A stretch of 63,464 bases of DNA, filler included, from Cercozoa sp. M6MM (lineage: Eukaryota > Protista > Endomyxa: Ascetosporea): NCBI GenBank assembly GCA_040357565.1. It is 13 parts of 13 records of this genome, joined end to end, with 100 filler letters (N's around TTAATTAATTAA, not from the genome) between each part and the next. Parts side by side here need not be neighbours in the genome. Positions count along the whole stretch, not along the records: positions 6,326 to 10,094 come from JBDODJ010001320.1; positions 10,195 to 13,566 come from JBDODJ010001487.1; positions 13,667 to 19,505 come from JBDODJ010000836.1; positions 19,606 to 28,922 come from JBDODJ010000488.1; 9 more parts are not named here. The stretch is one strand, 5' to 3'. The first letter of the stretch is position 1. Each line of letters begins with the position of its first letter. The notes below the pieces were generated by a model. It had not been told where the DNA came from and made no database searches. It saw nothing but the letters and a program-made list of their open reading frames with translations. Shown in pieces: positions 9,623-21,912 of the stretch. A program made the translations under genes and the position numbers.

Positions 9623-9694
9623 GCTCTCATAGCTTAGCGGCAAAGCACTCGCTTCGTAAGCGAGGGATCGTGGGTTCGATCCCCACTGGGAGCT
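9623..9694 (+). tRNA. trnT-CGU: tRNA-Thr(CGT)
   Basis: CTCGC-TTCGTAA-GCGAG; T8 terminator. Confidence 0.94.
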
Positions 9695-9706
9695 CCTTTT
9701 TTTTGC

Positions 9707-9788
9707 GGGGACTGGGGTAAGGGGACTGGGTAAGGGGACTGGGTAGGGGACTGGGGTAGGGGACTGGGGTAGGGGACTGGGGTAAGGG
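9707..9788. repeat. G-rich tandem repeat (GGGGACTGGGGTA)n, about 6 copies
   Basis: Read directly between convergent Thr(CGT) and Phe genes. Confidence 0.9.
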
Positions 9789-9817
9789 CAGGGCAAAAAA
9801 ACAAAAAACACACAGTG

Positions 9818-9890
9818 TGCCATCTCCCGGAATCGAACCAGGGACCTTTAGATCTTCAGTCTACTGCTCTACCAACTGAGCTAAGACGGC
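9818..9890 (-). tRNA. trnF-GAA: tRNA-Phe(GAA)
   Basis: GTAGA-CTGAAGA-TCTAA; cloverleaf intact. Confidence 0.95.
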
Positions 9891-9972
9891 CAATACACTG
9901 CAGGTACACTGGCCGCAGGGGGCACATGCAACCCACCGCAGAGGGGACTAGTGAAAAAAACAACAAAAAGTG

Positions 9973-10045
9973 CATCCTCGGTGGGGATCGAACCCACAAT
10001 CTCCTGATTCGTAGTCAGGCGCCTTATCCATTGGGCCACGAGGAC
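9973..10045 (-). tRNA. trnR-ACG: tRNA-Arg(ACG)
   Basis: CCTGA-CTACGAA-TCAGG. Confidence 0.95.
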
Positions 10046-10256
10046 TCTCGCTTGTGTCTACCTCACTTCGCGCCCCTCGCCTTGCCCAAGCCCANNNNNN
10101 NNNNNNNNNNNNNNNNNNNNNNNNNNNNNNNNNNNNNNTTAATTAATTAANNNNNNNNNNNNNNNNNNNNNNNNNNNNNNNNNNNNNNNNNNNNGTAAAA
10201 GGGGGGTAAAGAGGGGGGTAAAAAGGGGGGTAAAAAGGGGGTAGGGTAAAACTAAC

Positions 10257-11181
10257 CTTCTCGAGAACAGGCGAGTGCGACTGAGCGATTCGCTGACGTT
10301 GGAACGCATCGTGCCACGTGAACTGGGGGGGGTAAAGGGGTAAGAGGGGCAAAGGCGTAAGAGGGGTAAAGAGGTAAGAGGGGGAAAGGGGGCAATGGGG
10401 ATAAAGGGGGTAAAGAGTTAACTAGACAAGCACAGAGGTAAGGAGCTGCAAGGGTAAAGAGGGTAAAGACACAAGAGTACATTGATGTGCACGCCTTCGG
10501 GCTTCTTCCGACGGCCCAGGAGACTGCTCTTCTGCGGCGGCTGTTTGCACATACCGGGTAACAGAGGGTGCTAAAGGATAAAGATGCCGACAAGCTACCA
10601 GGAAAGTGAAGTGCGCCGCCATCTGGTCCAGTCGACCGACGTAGTCTGAAAGCAACAACACAACAATGTAAACACGGGTCTATGGGGGGGGGGGGTAAAC
10701 TGCAACTAACGCTGCGCCACGTCGACAATGTCCGGCGCATCGCGGTGATTGCACAGTCGCGCACGTGCCTGGGCAGCCGACAAAGAGATCAACTGACCAC
10801 ATGCAGTGTATCAAGCTGCCTCACCTGGTCCAGTTCGCGCGCAGTTTCCTGCAGTGCCTGCGCTTCTTCCTCGCCAAAGTGCGCCTGTGCAACAGCAGGT
10901 GCCACCTTGTTCGTTTTGGCAAACAAACGCCAAATTGATGACACAAAAGCCAAAGTGAGCATAAGGCATGCAAAACTCCATCTCTATCCACGAAATCGCG
11001 CCCTTTGAGGCACTAAATTCCCGCCAGTTTAACGCACCTGTACGTAGGCGAGCACAGAGGCACCGATCTTGGCCGGCTGGGCCCTACACAGGCAAAATAC
11101 AAGGCATCCACGCCAAACGCACTCTTCGGCCCTGTCTCTGCAAATAGAGCTAACGTACTGCTTGTAAAATAGTGCTATCAT
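10257..11181 (-). CDS. BRO1-domain protein (ALIX/Rim20 family), N-terminal part, 3'-partial
   Basis: Spliced: MIALFYKQAQPAKIGASVLAYVQAHFGEE...DYVGRLDQMAAHF...FTWHDAF...SPVLEK, matching the BRO1 F-x-W-x-D-A-F ... EK motif order. Confidence 0.8.
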
Positions 11182-11617
11182 CGTCAAATAGACGTCCACA
11201 GCAACAACAAAGTCTCTGTTGCCGAAAAAATGACAGCGGAGGAGCGCCGGGTGTACGTTTAACATTTTTTAAAAACAAGTCAACTACTTCTGCGTTCTTG
11301 ACAATGAGTTCATCCCGACATCAGCTGTTCTGGTTTGGTAAGGAGAATGAAATTTTGCAACAGAAGCGCGACGCAGTGGGTCAGTCAGGCCGGTTTCGTA
11401 CTGATGGAAGTACTGGAGTGCCACCGTCGAGGTGGTCGCTGAGTGGACTGCTGGGGAAAACTGATGAGAAGTAATTAAAAGAAAAAACGCCTGCGAGCTG
11501 CAGCTGATCGGCCTGGCGAAAGGCATCCGACGCGTGTGTGCTCTGTGCGGCTGCGACCTGATAAAGTGTAGTGTATTATTTTCGGCGTCACGTGCACATC
11601 AAAAAATCCGAGGAGCG

Positions 11618-13470
11618 ATGGGTACTACGTCAAAATGTGAAAAAAACGAATTTACTGCTGTTCTCACGTGTGCAGATTGGCCGCCAACAACGCCAACAAC
11701 TCTGTGCGATTCTGACGATGATGTGTTCGACTACGGCACCATCAGCGTACACAGCTGTAGACACAGTGCAGACACAGCCTGCAGAGCATTTGTACATACA
11801 CGGCTTCATGTGTTGTAGGACGTGCTTGCCGGCGAGATGAACGAGCTTGACTTGTCGAGCAGGTACCTTTTAGTCGACGCGATCGCACTCATGTATGAGG
11901 TTTCTTGTCCTTAGGAACGAGTGGACGTCGGAGGAGATGATGCAGCGACGACTCGCAGGTCAGTGCGACCAGTCGCCCATCCGCTTCATCACTGTAATCT
12001 TCCTTATGTTCATGTTTTTGCGTGTTCATGCAAGTGACTACATGTGTGTTTTAGGGTCACTTCGCGCGTTCGCATCCAGTGAAAAACACATTGCTGCCGT
12101 ATGACGATATCGACGACGTGTTCTCTGCTGGTATGCCTGTTGTTGGCCCTCCTTGCAGTCGATGGCATGTGCCTTTTGCCAACTGACAGGCGAGGATGCT
12201 TGTTTTGTGGCGCCGCGTGTTATTGGCGTCGCCGATGGCGTCGGTGGTTACAGCAAACACCGGGTAAGGCTGTAAATATATTCTATCGACACATCGTTTG
12301 TCTCCCCAAACGTTATCACTCTAGTCCTCTGCTTTGGTAGGGTTACACGGATGTGATGTACTTCTCGCGACAGCTGATGCACCACGCGCGGCACGCCTTT
12401 GCCGAGGCTTTCCGACGTATAGATTGCTTTCCTCCATGTGACTTCGAACATTCACACGCACACTATAGCTTCTCGACTGGCCACGTACACGCCGTCTGCC
12501 GGAAGGGCCAGTTTTGACGGCATGTCCACCGAAAGCGGTGTCAGTGTAGGCTTGTCTCACTGTGTTTGTGTGTGCCGTTGTTTTTGTTGTATATGTGATT
12601 TCTGTGAGCAGTCTTTGGTGACTGAAGACGATTGTTTCAACGTGGCTGAAGCTGTCAATAACAGTGGTATTGTATTTCTCCATCCTGTTTGTAAGATGAA
12701 TTTACTACATTACCTCTATTTTAACATAGGCGCGGAAGAGCTCCCTCGCGCCGTTCTCCAGCACGCCTATGAGCATATCGATCAGGTACGCACGAATAGT
12801 TTCCGGCAGCACCTTCAACGAGGACATGGGATACTGTCCAATTGTTCCCCCGCAGTCCCTAATCGGTGGCTCGACGGCGGTGCTGCTGATGGTAGATCCG
12901 ACGTCGACCTCGCCCGCGCTGCTGACTCTCAACCTGGGCGATTCGGTACTTTGAAGCAAGCGCTGGTTTAAATCCGTTTGTATGAAATGTAGACTGCTTA
13001 TCTTGTTGTAGGGTTTTTTGGTGTTGCGAAATGACACGGTCGTGAAGGCAAGCGAACCTCAGACGTTCATGTTTGACGGTATTGATACCCTCTCGTGCAA
13101 ATTGTCATTTTTCTGAGAATACGTGTGTCTGTGTTTGTATGAGTACAGGACCATTGCAGCTGGGCCCGCGTTCACGCAAGTCGCGCTTCACGTCGGCGGA
13201 TGCCAAGTGTGAACGCTTCGCTGTCGGTTTACCTCTCGGTCTGCACGTGTCCTTGTTTGTCTCATCTGCATCTCTGTTCTCTTTGCCGTAGGTGCAAGCG
13301 GGCGACTTGGTGATTGCCGCCAGTGATGGCATCTTAGATAACATGTATCCTCGTTGTAAACATTAGCATGCTGTTTTTTCGCACCTTTAAACGAATCGAA
13401 CGGCAGGTTCCACGCGGATATCGCGGCCGTGGTTCGAGCCGCCTTGCGCTCGCGTCAAGAGGAGGCCACT
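11618..13470 (+). CDS. PPTC7: PP2C-family phosphatase, PTC7 type; start uncertain, 3'-partial
   Basis: Spliced motifs GEDACF, GVADGVGG, FSRQLM, GGSTA, LNLGDSGFLVLR, PLQLG, VQAGDLVIAASDGILDNMF. Confidence 0.88.
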
Positions 13471-13473
13471 GTA

Positions 13474-13566
<93 letters not shown>

Positions 13567-13666
13567 NNNNNNNNNNNNNNNNNNNNNNNNNNNNNNNNNN
13601 NNNNNNNNNNTTAATTAATTAANNNNNNNNNNNNNNNNNNNNNNNNNNNNNNNNNNNNNNNNNNNN

Positions 13667-13712
<46 letters not shown>

Positions 13713-14746
13713 GCTTCTGTTGCTGTTGTTGTTGTTGTTGCTGTTGTTGTTGCTGCTGTTGTTGTTGTAGCGTCGGAAACTGAAAGCCGAAATCCGGGAG
13801 ACTAAGGCCGCTGACAGTGACACTGACACTGCAGCCGTCACTGTCGTCGACGTCAATGTCGGCGTCGCATGAGTGACAGCAACTCTGCGAGAAGCTGTCA
13901 CTCTCGTCAAACAAGGCACATGGCTGCATTCACACAAAGAATGCGTGCAGTACAGTGTTTCATTTAAGACACTTGTCTAGATCTTTAAATCCTTAGTACC
14001 GTGACCTGACTTGACTCGAATCGCTCTCCCACGTAACGAAGGCGGAAAGCTCGAGGTTTCTGCTCTCATGAACGCCGCAGTGTTGCCGTGTCGATCCAAA
14101 AGAACATTGCAACAAGACAACAAGAGAAGTTTACCAGAGCTACAGCGTCAAAATTCGTAGGAAACAAATCCAATCCAATCCAATCAAAGAGACACTTTAA
14201 ATTAGAGCACAGAAAACAGGGAGACAGAATGGAACACAATGCACAGTACCTTGTGTCTCTTGTTCGAGTTCGAGAATCCGCTTTTGGATTAAAGTTGTCT
14301 CGACCCGGGCAAGGTCGGCTGCCGAGAACCTCCCGGGATCCTGCTGCTCGAGGTCGACGACTCCTTGAGCAACTTTGAAGCGCCGCTTCCGCAGATTCTC
14401 GCGGCGAATACGACTTGCGCGAGCTGTCTTTGTTTCTACCGGCTCAGGCACCGGCTCGAACACGAAGCGGCCCTGTGCAAACGCGCACGAAACGAAGGTG
14501 TTCGGCGACTCTGGCTGCTGCTGGAGCACCTGGCTTGCTGCAGCTGGGATAGGACTGCTCACTCTGAAACAACATTCATCATCAGTGAAGATAGGTATTG
14601 CAAGGTATCGATAGTGAGTGGTACCTTGGAGACTTCTTCTTTTTCGCGCGTTTCTTCGGACGCGAGTTGACTCGCGACACTGGGTGCTTGGAGCACATGA
14701 GTGCCATCAGCTGTCGCTGCCGCAGGGCAGCCGCGCGTGCTGGCAT
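13667..14746 (-). CDS. Hypothetical basic protein with NLS-like tract and poly-Q, 3'-partial
   Basis: MPARAAALRQ...PKKRAKKKKSPR|VSSPIP...RIRRENLRKRRFK...; in-frame CAA/CAG run at the contig end. Confidence 0.5.
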
Positions 14747-15845
14747 GATGACTTGTGACACCTTGTTGTTGCTGTCCTACCAAACAAAGAGTTTGCCTTC
14801 AGTTGAGTTGATCACATTACTGTAATTTGTTGCTGGTCATGGTCAACAGGCAGACCGACCACGAACGCCACACATCCCAAAAACTCACCCTGTACTTGAC
14901 CAGTGAGTGCAGCGATGACCCTAAGTGTAGTAGTGCACCGTATGTTGTCTCTAATGCGTCAAAAGCTTCGCGCACAGGCGGTTCTGTGCTCTCAGAACTC
15001 GAGACATGTAGCCGCTATTTTTGTATCTTCAGCTTGCGGCCTTTAAATCGCTGTCCAGGGACGAAAACACGTCAGATCCTGTGCACTGGCACTACACTTG
15101 CCATATCACGCCGATTTACGCATTGTACGACATTATTCTGAGGTGTGTTGTTTTTCTTGCCATTTTTCGCGTTGGGGTCAAAAAGCACTCCGCACCCTAC
15201 ACGGGCACAAAAATACAACGTTGTATTTCGCGTTTCATGCTGCAACTCAGGGAATACAAGCACAATGAACAGAATTTCAGTACGAATTTAAGTCTGTTGT
15301 ACTGCTCAACTTGTCTAAACAGTCACAGTCACGAGTCATTTTCTTTTTTGTTGTATGAATTTCAAACATAATTTGTGACCAGTGACACTTTTGTTTGCAC
15401 GCAAAAGCTCTTTTAGAACAACCAGGCAGCGGCGTGCACAATGATGTAAAAAGGCATGTTCCCCTCAATTGCCAGTTTTTTTTTTTCTGCAAAGAGGATG
15501 CAATCATTGCACTGTCCAAACCAACTGAGTGGCGCACAATCGAACGCATATAGAGTAAACCAGGAAACAATCGAATGGCAACTTAGAGTACTTGCATGGA
15601 GGAGAAAGCCGCTGCGATATAGCCTAGCCTGGCCTTTGAGGTAAGCGATATAGCCCAAATTTCTATTTTTGTCTGTGCGTGTTTTAATTCGGTGGGAGGA
15701 GTGACAGGCGACGAGACCATTCGACGGACGACAGCGAGATGACGAGACGCCGACGACCTCTCCTACTCCCAGCCCGGTACAGGTGAACTACATAGTTGGT
15801 TTCTTAGTAGGCTGAACTAACATGTTGTTTTTGTTGCAGCACAGC

Positions 15846-18153
15846 TTAGTTGATTTCGAGGAGCTCGCGTGCCTTGCGCTTCTCGCTCTACGCAAGCGAG
15901 AAAGTGCCAATGAAATGATGCTGCGCAAAGAAGGACAGAAAAGGCACGACCGCTTACCTCAAAGGTCAGGGTCGGAATGATCTTCTCGCCGTTCTGGTGG
16001 CGATCGACGGTCTGAGGCGACAGCCATTCAAGGATCTTGAGCTGAGCTTACAGGAAAGGTGTAAAACACATTAGTCGGTTGAGACAGAGTAACAGACACG
16101 AGGCTCACCTTCTCCGAGCTGAAGGTGAACAGCGACAGGATCTCAATGATCTGATCGACGAGGTAGTTGTGCGTGCCCTTGTTTTCCTCGAGCACCTTCA
16201 TCTTCATGGAGCTAAATGTCTCGTCTATCGAACAAAAGCACACACCAATGTACGCACAGAGGCAGAGGCAACTGGTTGATATACTCTTGATGCGCTGCAG
16301 CAGGGCCTGGTACTCGTGGTGCGGGATGAGACCCGGAGTCTGTGCACGCATTTAGGCATCCACATGTTGTTATTCTAGGCTAGACAGAGGGTTCAGAACA
16401 GAGCGTACTTGGATCACAGTCTGCACTGGCTGCGGCTGTACACAGACACACTGACATAGTACACGGACTCACTAGCATGCAAAGTGACACGCACCGTCAC
16501 GAGCGGCTGCATCTGCTCAAACAAACCAACACATACAGTGACCTGCAACATCAGCAAGTTGAAAGCAGCAGGTACCGGCACCGGCGTCGGCTGCATCGGC
16601 ATCGAACCGACCACGTTGTAGTCGAAGAACTCCCTGCACAGGTCACACAGTTGAGAACTTCCAGTACATCAATACCCAGTGCTGCAGCAACAGCAACAGC
16701 AACAGCAAGCGCAACAAACCAGTCCTGCGCCTGCTGGCGGTTGCACTCGAGGCGACCGTCCTAAGTATTATCGTAGTAGCAGTGCATACCATGTTAAAGA
16801 AAGACGAGAATACAGGCTGGGCCGACAGGAAGGTGTTGTGCGCCACCGACTAAATTTACACATCATCAGCGGACTGCACTGTCTGTGCTGGTCTCGTGTA
16901 CCTGGATGGCGATCTTGCCCGGAGCAACCTGTGCACAGACACCGACATATGAGACTGCTACCTGAGGCTAGCAGTATTCTCGATCAATAACTCTACCAGC
17001 AGCAGACGGAAGTGCTCCCAGCCGTCAGCAGCGTCGCGGTTGACCACGAAGTTGCCTGACAAGAAACAGTTCATCAGCGGAGAAACACACACATCTACGG
17101 TCAACAGCACTCACGAATCTCTAGGTTACCGTTGCCCTCGCAGCAGGCAAACTTGCCTGTACAACATGTAGACATGTAAACTTACTAAAAGTCTGGAGTC
17201 AAATTGAAGAGTAAATTACCGTGGGCCGACTTGAGAGTCACAACACCATTGCCGATGCCATCGATGCGCACCTCTTCCCAGCCCTGCGCAGCGTCGCGGT
17301 TGGCAACGGCGTTGCCGTTCTGCTCCATGGAGACGTACTTGCCTACACAGTAGCCGCAGTGGCCGCACTCAACTCAAAACTCTTTTTATTGGGCAAACTT
17401 ACCATGGGTGGAACGAAGCGTCACCATGATCGACGAGTTTGACAGACCCTGAGCGATCATGACGAGGGCGTCACCACGGGCCACGACCTTGAACTCCTCC
17501 CAGGCCTGCGCCTGCGGACGGTTGCACTCCAGACGACCGTCCTGAAACCGTTTCGACACAAACATCAATATTAAAGAGACTCGTCAGACAAACCAGTCAG
17601 CAAGCTCAACAACAAGACTATTTACCTGCTGCGCCGACAGGTAGGTGTTGTGCGCCACCGACTTGATGGCAATCTTGCCGTTGCTGCGGAATTCGACGGC
17701 AAACTGCTCCCTGCAGTGCGTTGCGTCGAGGTATCACAAGAGGCATGTGCGCATGCATGCAAGACTTACCAGCCAGACGGGTTGTCGCGGTTCATGACGA
17801 AGTTTCCTATATATATATATACATATAAGCTTTGTATCCTGTAGATTGATATACCGTTGCCCTCGCAGCACGCGAACTTGCCGCGGTGCGTGCGAATGTA
17901 GAAGATGCCAGGGCCAGCCTTCTGAAACTCAAAGGTCTCCCAGTCCGACGCATGGTCACGGTCGCCGACAGCATGTCCGTTCAGCCCGGCGCACACGTAC
18001 TTGCCTGCGACACAACACGACACACTTACACAGACAGCACAAGGTCAGGACACACAAAAACAAGTACAAGCTAAATTTACCGTGCTCAGTAACGAGAGCA
18101 AGCTTGAGCGAACCAGCGCCCTGCGACGTAGCAAGCGACTGCAGCAGTTGCAT
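15846..18153 (-). CDS. Two fascin-like beta-trefoil domains, Pro/Gln linker and DUF4476-like C-terminal domain
   Basis: Six subrepeats of the (H/R)GK(Y/F)x(C/S)x..G...NR....WExF type; C-terminus YQALLQRIKNETFSSMKMKVLEE...QIIEILSLFTFSSEKLKILEWL...DRHQN..IIPTLTFESEKRKARELL*. Confidence 0.8.
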
Positions 18154-19376
18154 CTTCTTACAGTACCTTTCCTGCTCTCAAAACAACTCGAGATACTTAA
18201 TCCGGGTAATGTGTCCGGTGAGATGCGCAGCACAAGTGCACCTAAATTTACCTTAAGGACACACACCTGTTCCACGACGATAATGAGACTCCAGAACAGC
18301 ACGAGACGGCTTTGTGCTCCAGTGCTCCAAAGAAAGCTCACGATCACACTCGTCTTGCAGCTTGGTCAGCGTCAATGTCGGGGGTTAGCTGACCACCGGA
18401 TCAGCTTGTCGATTGTTGTTCTATCAGTCTTCCCAGAAGATTACGAAGCATCTTGATCACGATACAATGCTAGTGGTACACGGGTGCACGCTTGTTTAGC
18501 GGTTTAATGACTAAAAACTACAAGGAAAACCCGTAATAAACGTCATACATCGACAGCCAAGTTGGATTTTGGCCGGAGAATACAGTACAGTAACATCAAA
18601 CGTAGCAGGCAGCCCCTGTATCGATTTCTTTGAAATAATGGGAATACATTATAGACTACTCTTTCGGGTGAAAACCACTTAATCGTAATCAGTATACCCA
18701 CTGTTATCTGCTGAAAACGCATCACATGCCGCGTCGGTGTCCACTCATTGATTTTGAACGCGCGTTTTTCCGCAAAAAGTGCATTCAAAGAAAGTGCGCA
18801 AAAGGGGCACCACAGTTCGACGAGTACCACAGTTCGAACTGAACGCGAGTACCACAGTTCGACGAGACGACACATTTTTAACTCAACTGAAGTCATCGCA
18901 TTACGTTGGAGAACGACGACGCGAACCCGACGTCGCCTGCTATCTGCACCAACCATGAAGTCGACCTCCTTATTAACTACCGCGTACTTCTGTACCCGAC
19001 TGGAGTGACTTGACGGGTGTGCCTTCAGTCGGTGAGTTTTAGTTCGATCCATACGACGTACGTGTCAGTTGTTCCGTCATGGTTTTTGCTCTCATTCATT
19101 AATCTAGTCTTCGACTGCTGCCGGAGGCGAAGATGACCCCTCGGTCTGCAGCAGAATGACGTAGCTCCAGTAAAACTCTGTAAAACCGCACGATGGCGTC
19201 GCAGATGCGTCCAGTGTTTCCACGGTGGCGAGTATCATCACGTGTTTGCTTTCTGACACTGCTCGCATTCAGTGTTTGTTTCAAACAGAGTACAAAGTGT
19301 ACCTGTGCAGTCAACACGCTCGAACGCAGTGAGTGGGTTCGTGCCGGCGGCTACACCAGTGTTTTAACCCAACAGC

Positions 19377-19505
<129 letters not shown>

Positions 19506-19605
19506 NNNNNNNNNNNNNNNNNNNNNNNNNNNNNNNNNNNNNNNNNNNNTTAATTAATTAANNNNNNNNNNNNNNNNNNNNNNNNNNNNNNNNNNNNNNN
19601 NNNNN

Positions 19606-19739
19606 CGAGGTACTTGAACATGACGCGCTGGCGGTTCGACACGCTGGTGCGACGCCAGTCGTAGAACGCCGTCTGCGCGGCATCCGCGGCGCTCTGCACA
19701 CACACACATGCACACACACACACACACATGCACACACAT

Positions 19740-19834
<95 letters not shown>

Positions 19835-20204
19835 TGCACACACACGCACACACGCACACACATATACACACACAGGCCCAGGCGCAAATACCTGCAGCTC
19901 GGCCGGCGTGGCCTGCGGCACCAGGGTCACCACCTCCTGCGTGGCCGGGTTGCGCACCTCGAACCACTTGTCCGACTTGGACTGCACGTGCTGCCCGCCA
20001 ATGATGAGCGGCGACTTGCGCGGCGCCGTGCTGAACTGACGCGCTGTACGCGACGCGGTCTGTGCGCACGCAACAAACACACAGCACATCAGATACCAGA
20101 CACAAAAAAAAAGAGCGACCTCGGCCTGCACATCAGGGAGCGAAACCAGAAACCCGGTACGTGCAGCAACTTACGGCAATCAGGTTACGACGTCCTAGGA
20201 ACAT
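19606..20204 (-). CDS. ALDH6A1: Methylmalonate-semialdehyde dehydrogenase, mitochondrial, 5' part
   Basis: Arg-rich presequence, then LIIGGQHVQSKSDKWFEVRNPATQEVVTLVPQAT|...WRRTSVSNRQRVMFKY. Confidence 0.9.
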
Positions 20205-20508
20205 GACTCTTTACAACAGTACAGCCAAAAGGTAATGCAGCAGCGCCGCTCTGCAGCGCTAGTCGTCGCCCGGCTCAAACCGTCCAGCGGTCCATTTTTG
20301 TTTGGACCACTGTGAGCCAGCAGAAAATGAACCAGTTCATCGCGCGAAAGTCAGGTACCGTACCATGGAGTCACAGAGAAAAAAAGAACTACTACAGTTG
20401 TGCTGCATAGCAGCGTAGTTCACAATTAAAATAACATTCGATATTTGCTCTTGGCGGCGAATTTTAGTCGTGGATGAATCGCTGGCATGATTAATGGCCG
20501 GGTTCGCA

Positions 20509-20667
20509 TTAGGCGTCAATCTTGGACACCCACTCCGGGTCGACGGCCGTCAGCGCCTCGACGTACTTGCCCTGGGCCTCCTCGGCCTCAAGACCCTTGA
20601 CCTGCAAGCAGGAAGTGAATGTAAGGAAGGGGATTCAAGCCTCCTCATGTAGCACGTGGGGCTATAG

Positions 20668-20746
<79 letters not shown>

Positions 20747-21061
20747 CTACGGCGTTCCAGGCGTCCCACTTGGCGCGGGCCTCAACCTGCACAGCCCACG
20801 GCTGGGAGCCCTGCACGTCGCCGACAGTGGCCTGCTTGAAGAAGGCGTAGAACTTGAGCTTCTGGTCCGTGCTGAGCTGCACCGGGCCCTCCTTCGGCAG
20901 GCTGCGGACGTACGTGACGGCTTGCTCGAACGACTACAAGAAAAACAAAAGTGCACCCGTGACAAGGCACACGTGCCCAACGCAGCAGCCAAAAAAGGAA
21001 CAATCCAAAACACGCAATAAGTGGCACGCCCAATTTTCGGCTGCACCTAAAGGCTTACCAT
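20509..21061 (-). CDS. ACBP: Acyl-CoA-binding protein (3 exons; first coding exon is the ATG only)
   Basis: SFEQAVTYVRSLP...KLKFYAFFKQATVGD...RAKWDAWNAVKGL...AQGKYVEAL. Confidence 0.95.
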
Positions 21062-21270
21062 TTCTGGAGTTGAACTAATTGGTAGCGACGAAACACTAAA
21101 GAGTTGCTGCGGCGACAACTTTGATAACCCTTTTCTTATTTTTCCGTACAATTGCTGCGTCCGTTTGTCCTCTCAAAAATCGTGCACTGTGCACGTGCAG
21201 CCTGCTCCACACAGCAACGAAAGTGTATTTCGGCGTGTTTGGACGTGAGTATAGAACAAAAACCGTAGAA

Positions 21271-21881
21271 ATGTCGGCTTTGGGAGCATACACGGAGCGC
21301 TTCAGCGAAGTGACCAAGTAAGTAGTGTCGCTGCGTCAGTGCCTTGTTGAGGTGACGGTTACACGCAGCAACGGATGATGTGAACGGGTAGGAAGAGCAT
21401 GCGCGAGCAGGCCAAGTTCTTCTTGAACCGCTACGGTACTGAAGGCCGCTAAGCCCTCTAACTGCGTTGTTCTTTTGTGACCGTGCACGTGCGCAGTGCT
21501 CGAATTCAAGGGCAACTTTGAGGAAGTGCTGGACCTGCAGGTGCAGTTCTCAAAGTACAAGGAGTTCGACGAAGGTACAGGACACACGGTTGAGGATACA
21601 CTGCAACTTTAAAAACAAACGATCTCGCACCAACAGACACGGAGCTGACGCCGCACAACAGTCATCTCTTCCTGGTATAGTGAGGAGTGAACGTATGGGT
21701 CATTGGGGGGTCCAAGGAACCGTTGGGTCATGTGTATGTTGATACAGGAGGCACTTGGCGAGACGCGCACGGTGCGCGACCTGCGCGACAATCTGCGCAC
21801 CATTGATCTCGACACCAACGGTCGTCTCGCCCTGATTGAGTAGGCCTACACGTGTTCCATGTGTGCATGTGTATAAATGAA

Positions 21882-21912
<31 letters not shown>

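Noticed and set aside
6343-10150. ORF-track proteins across the tRNA island (e.g. 9050..9823, 7345..7827)
   Set aside because: They overlap tRNA genes or tandem repeats and are spurious translations.
18262-18451. In-frame TGA upstream of the fascin gene as read-through or selenocysteine
   Set aside because: A good ATG at 18153 precedes the first domain; the upstream peptide has no recognisable homology and is probably UTR or intergenic.
19606-21061. ALDH6A1 next to ACBP as a CoA-metabolism gene cluster
   Set aside because: Only two genes, and the other neighbours are unrelated; chance adjacency suffices.
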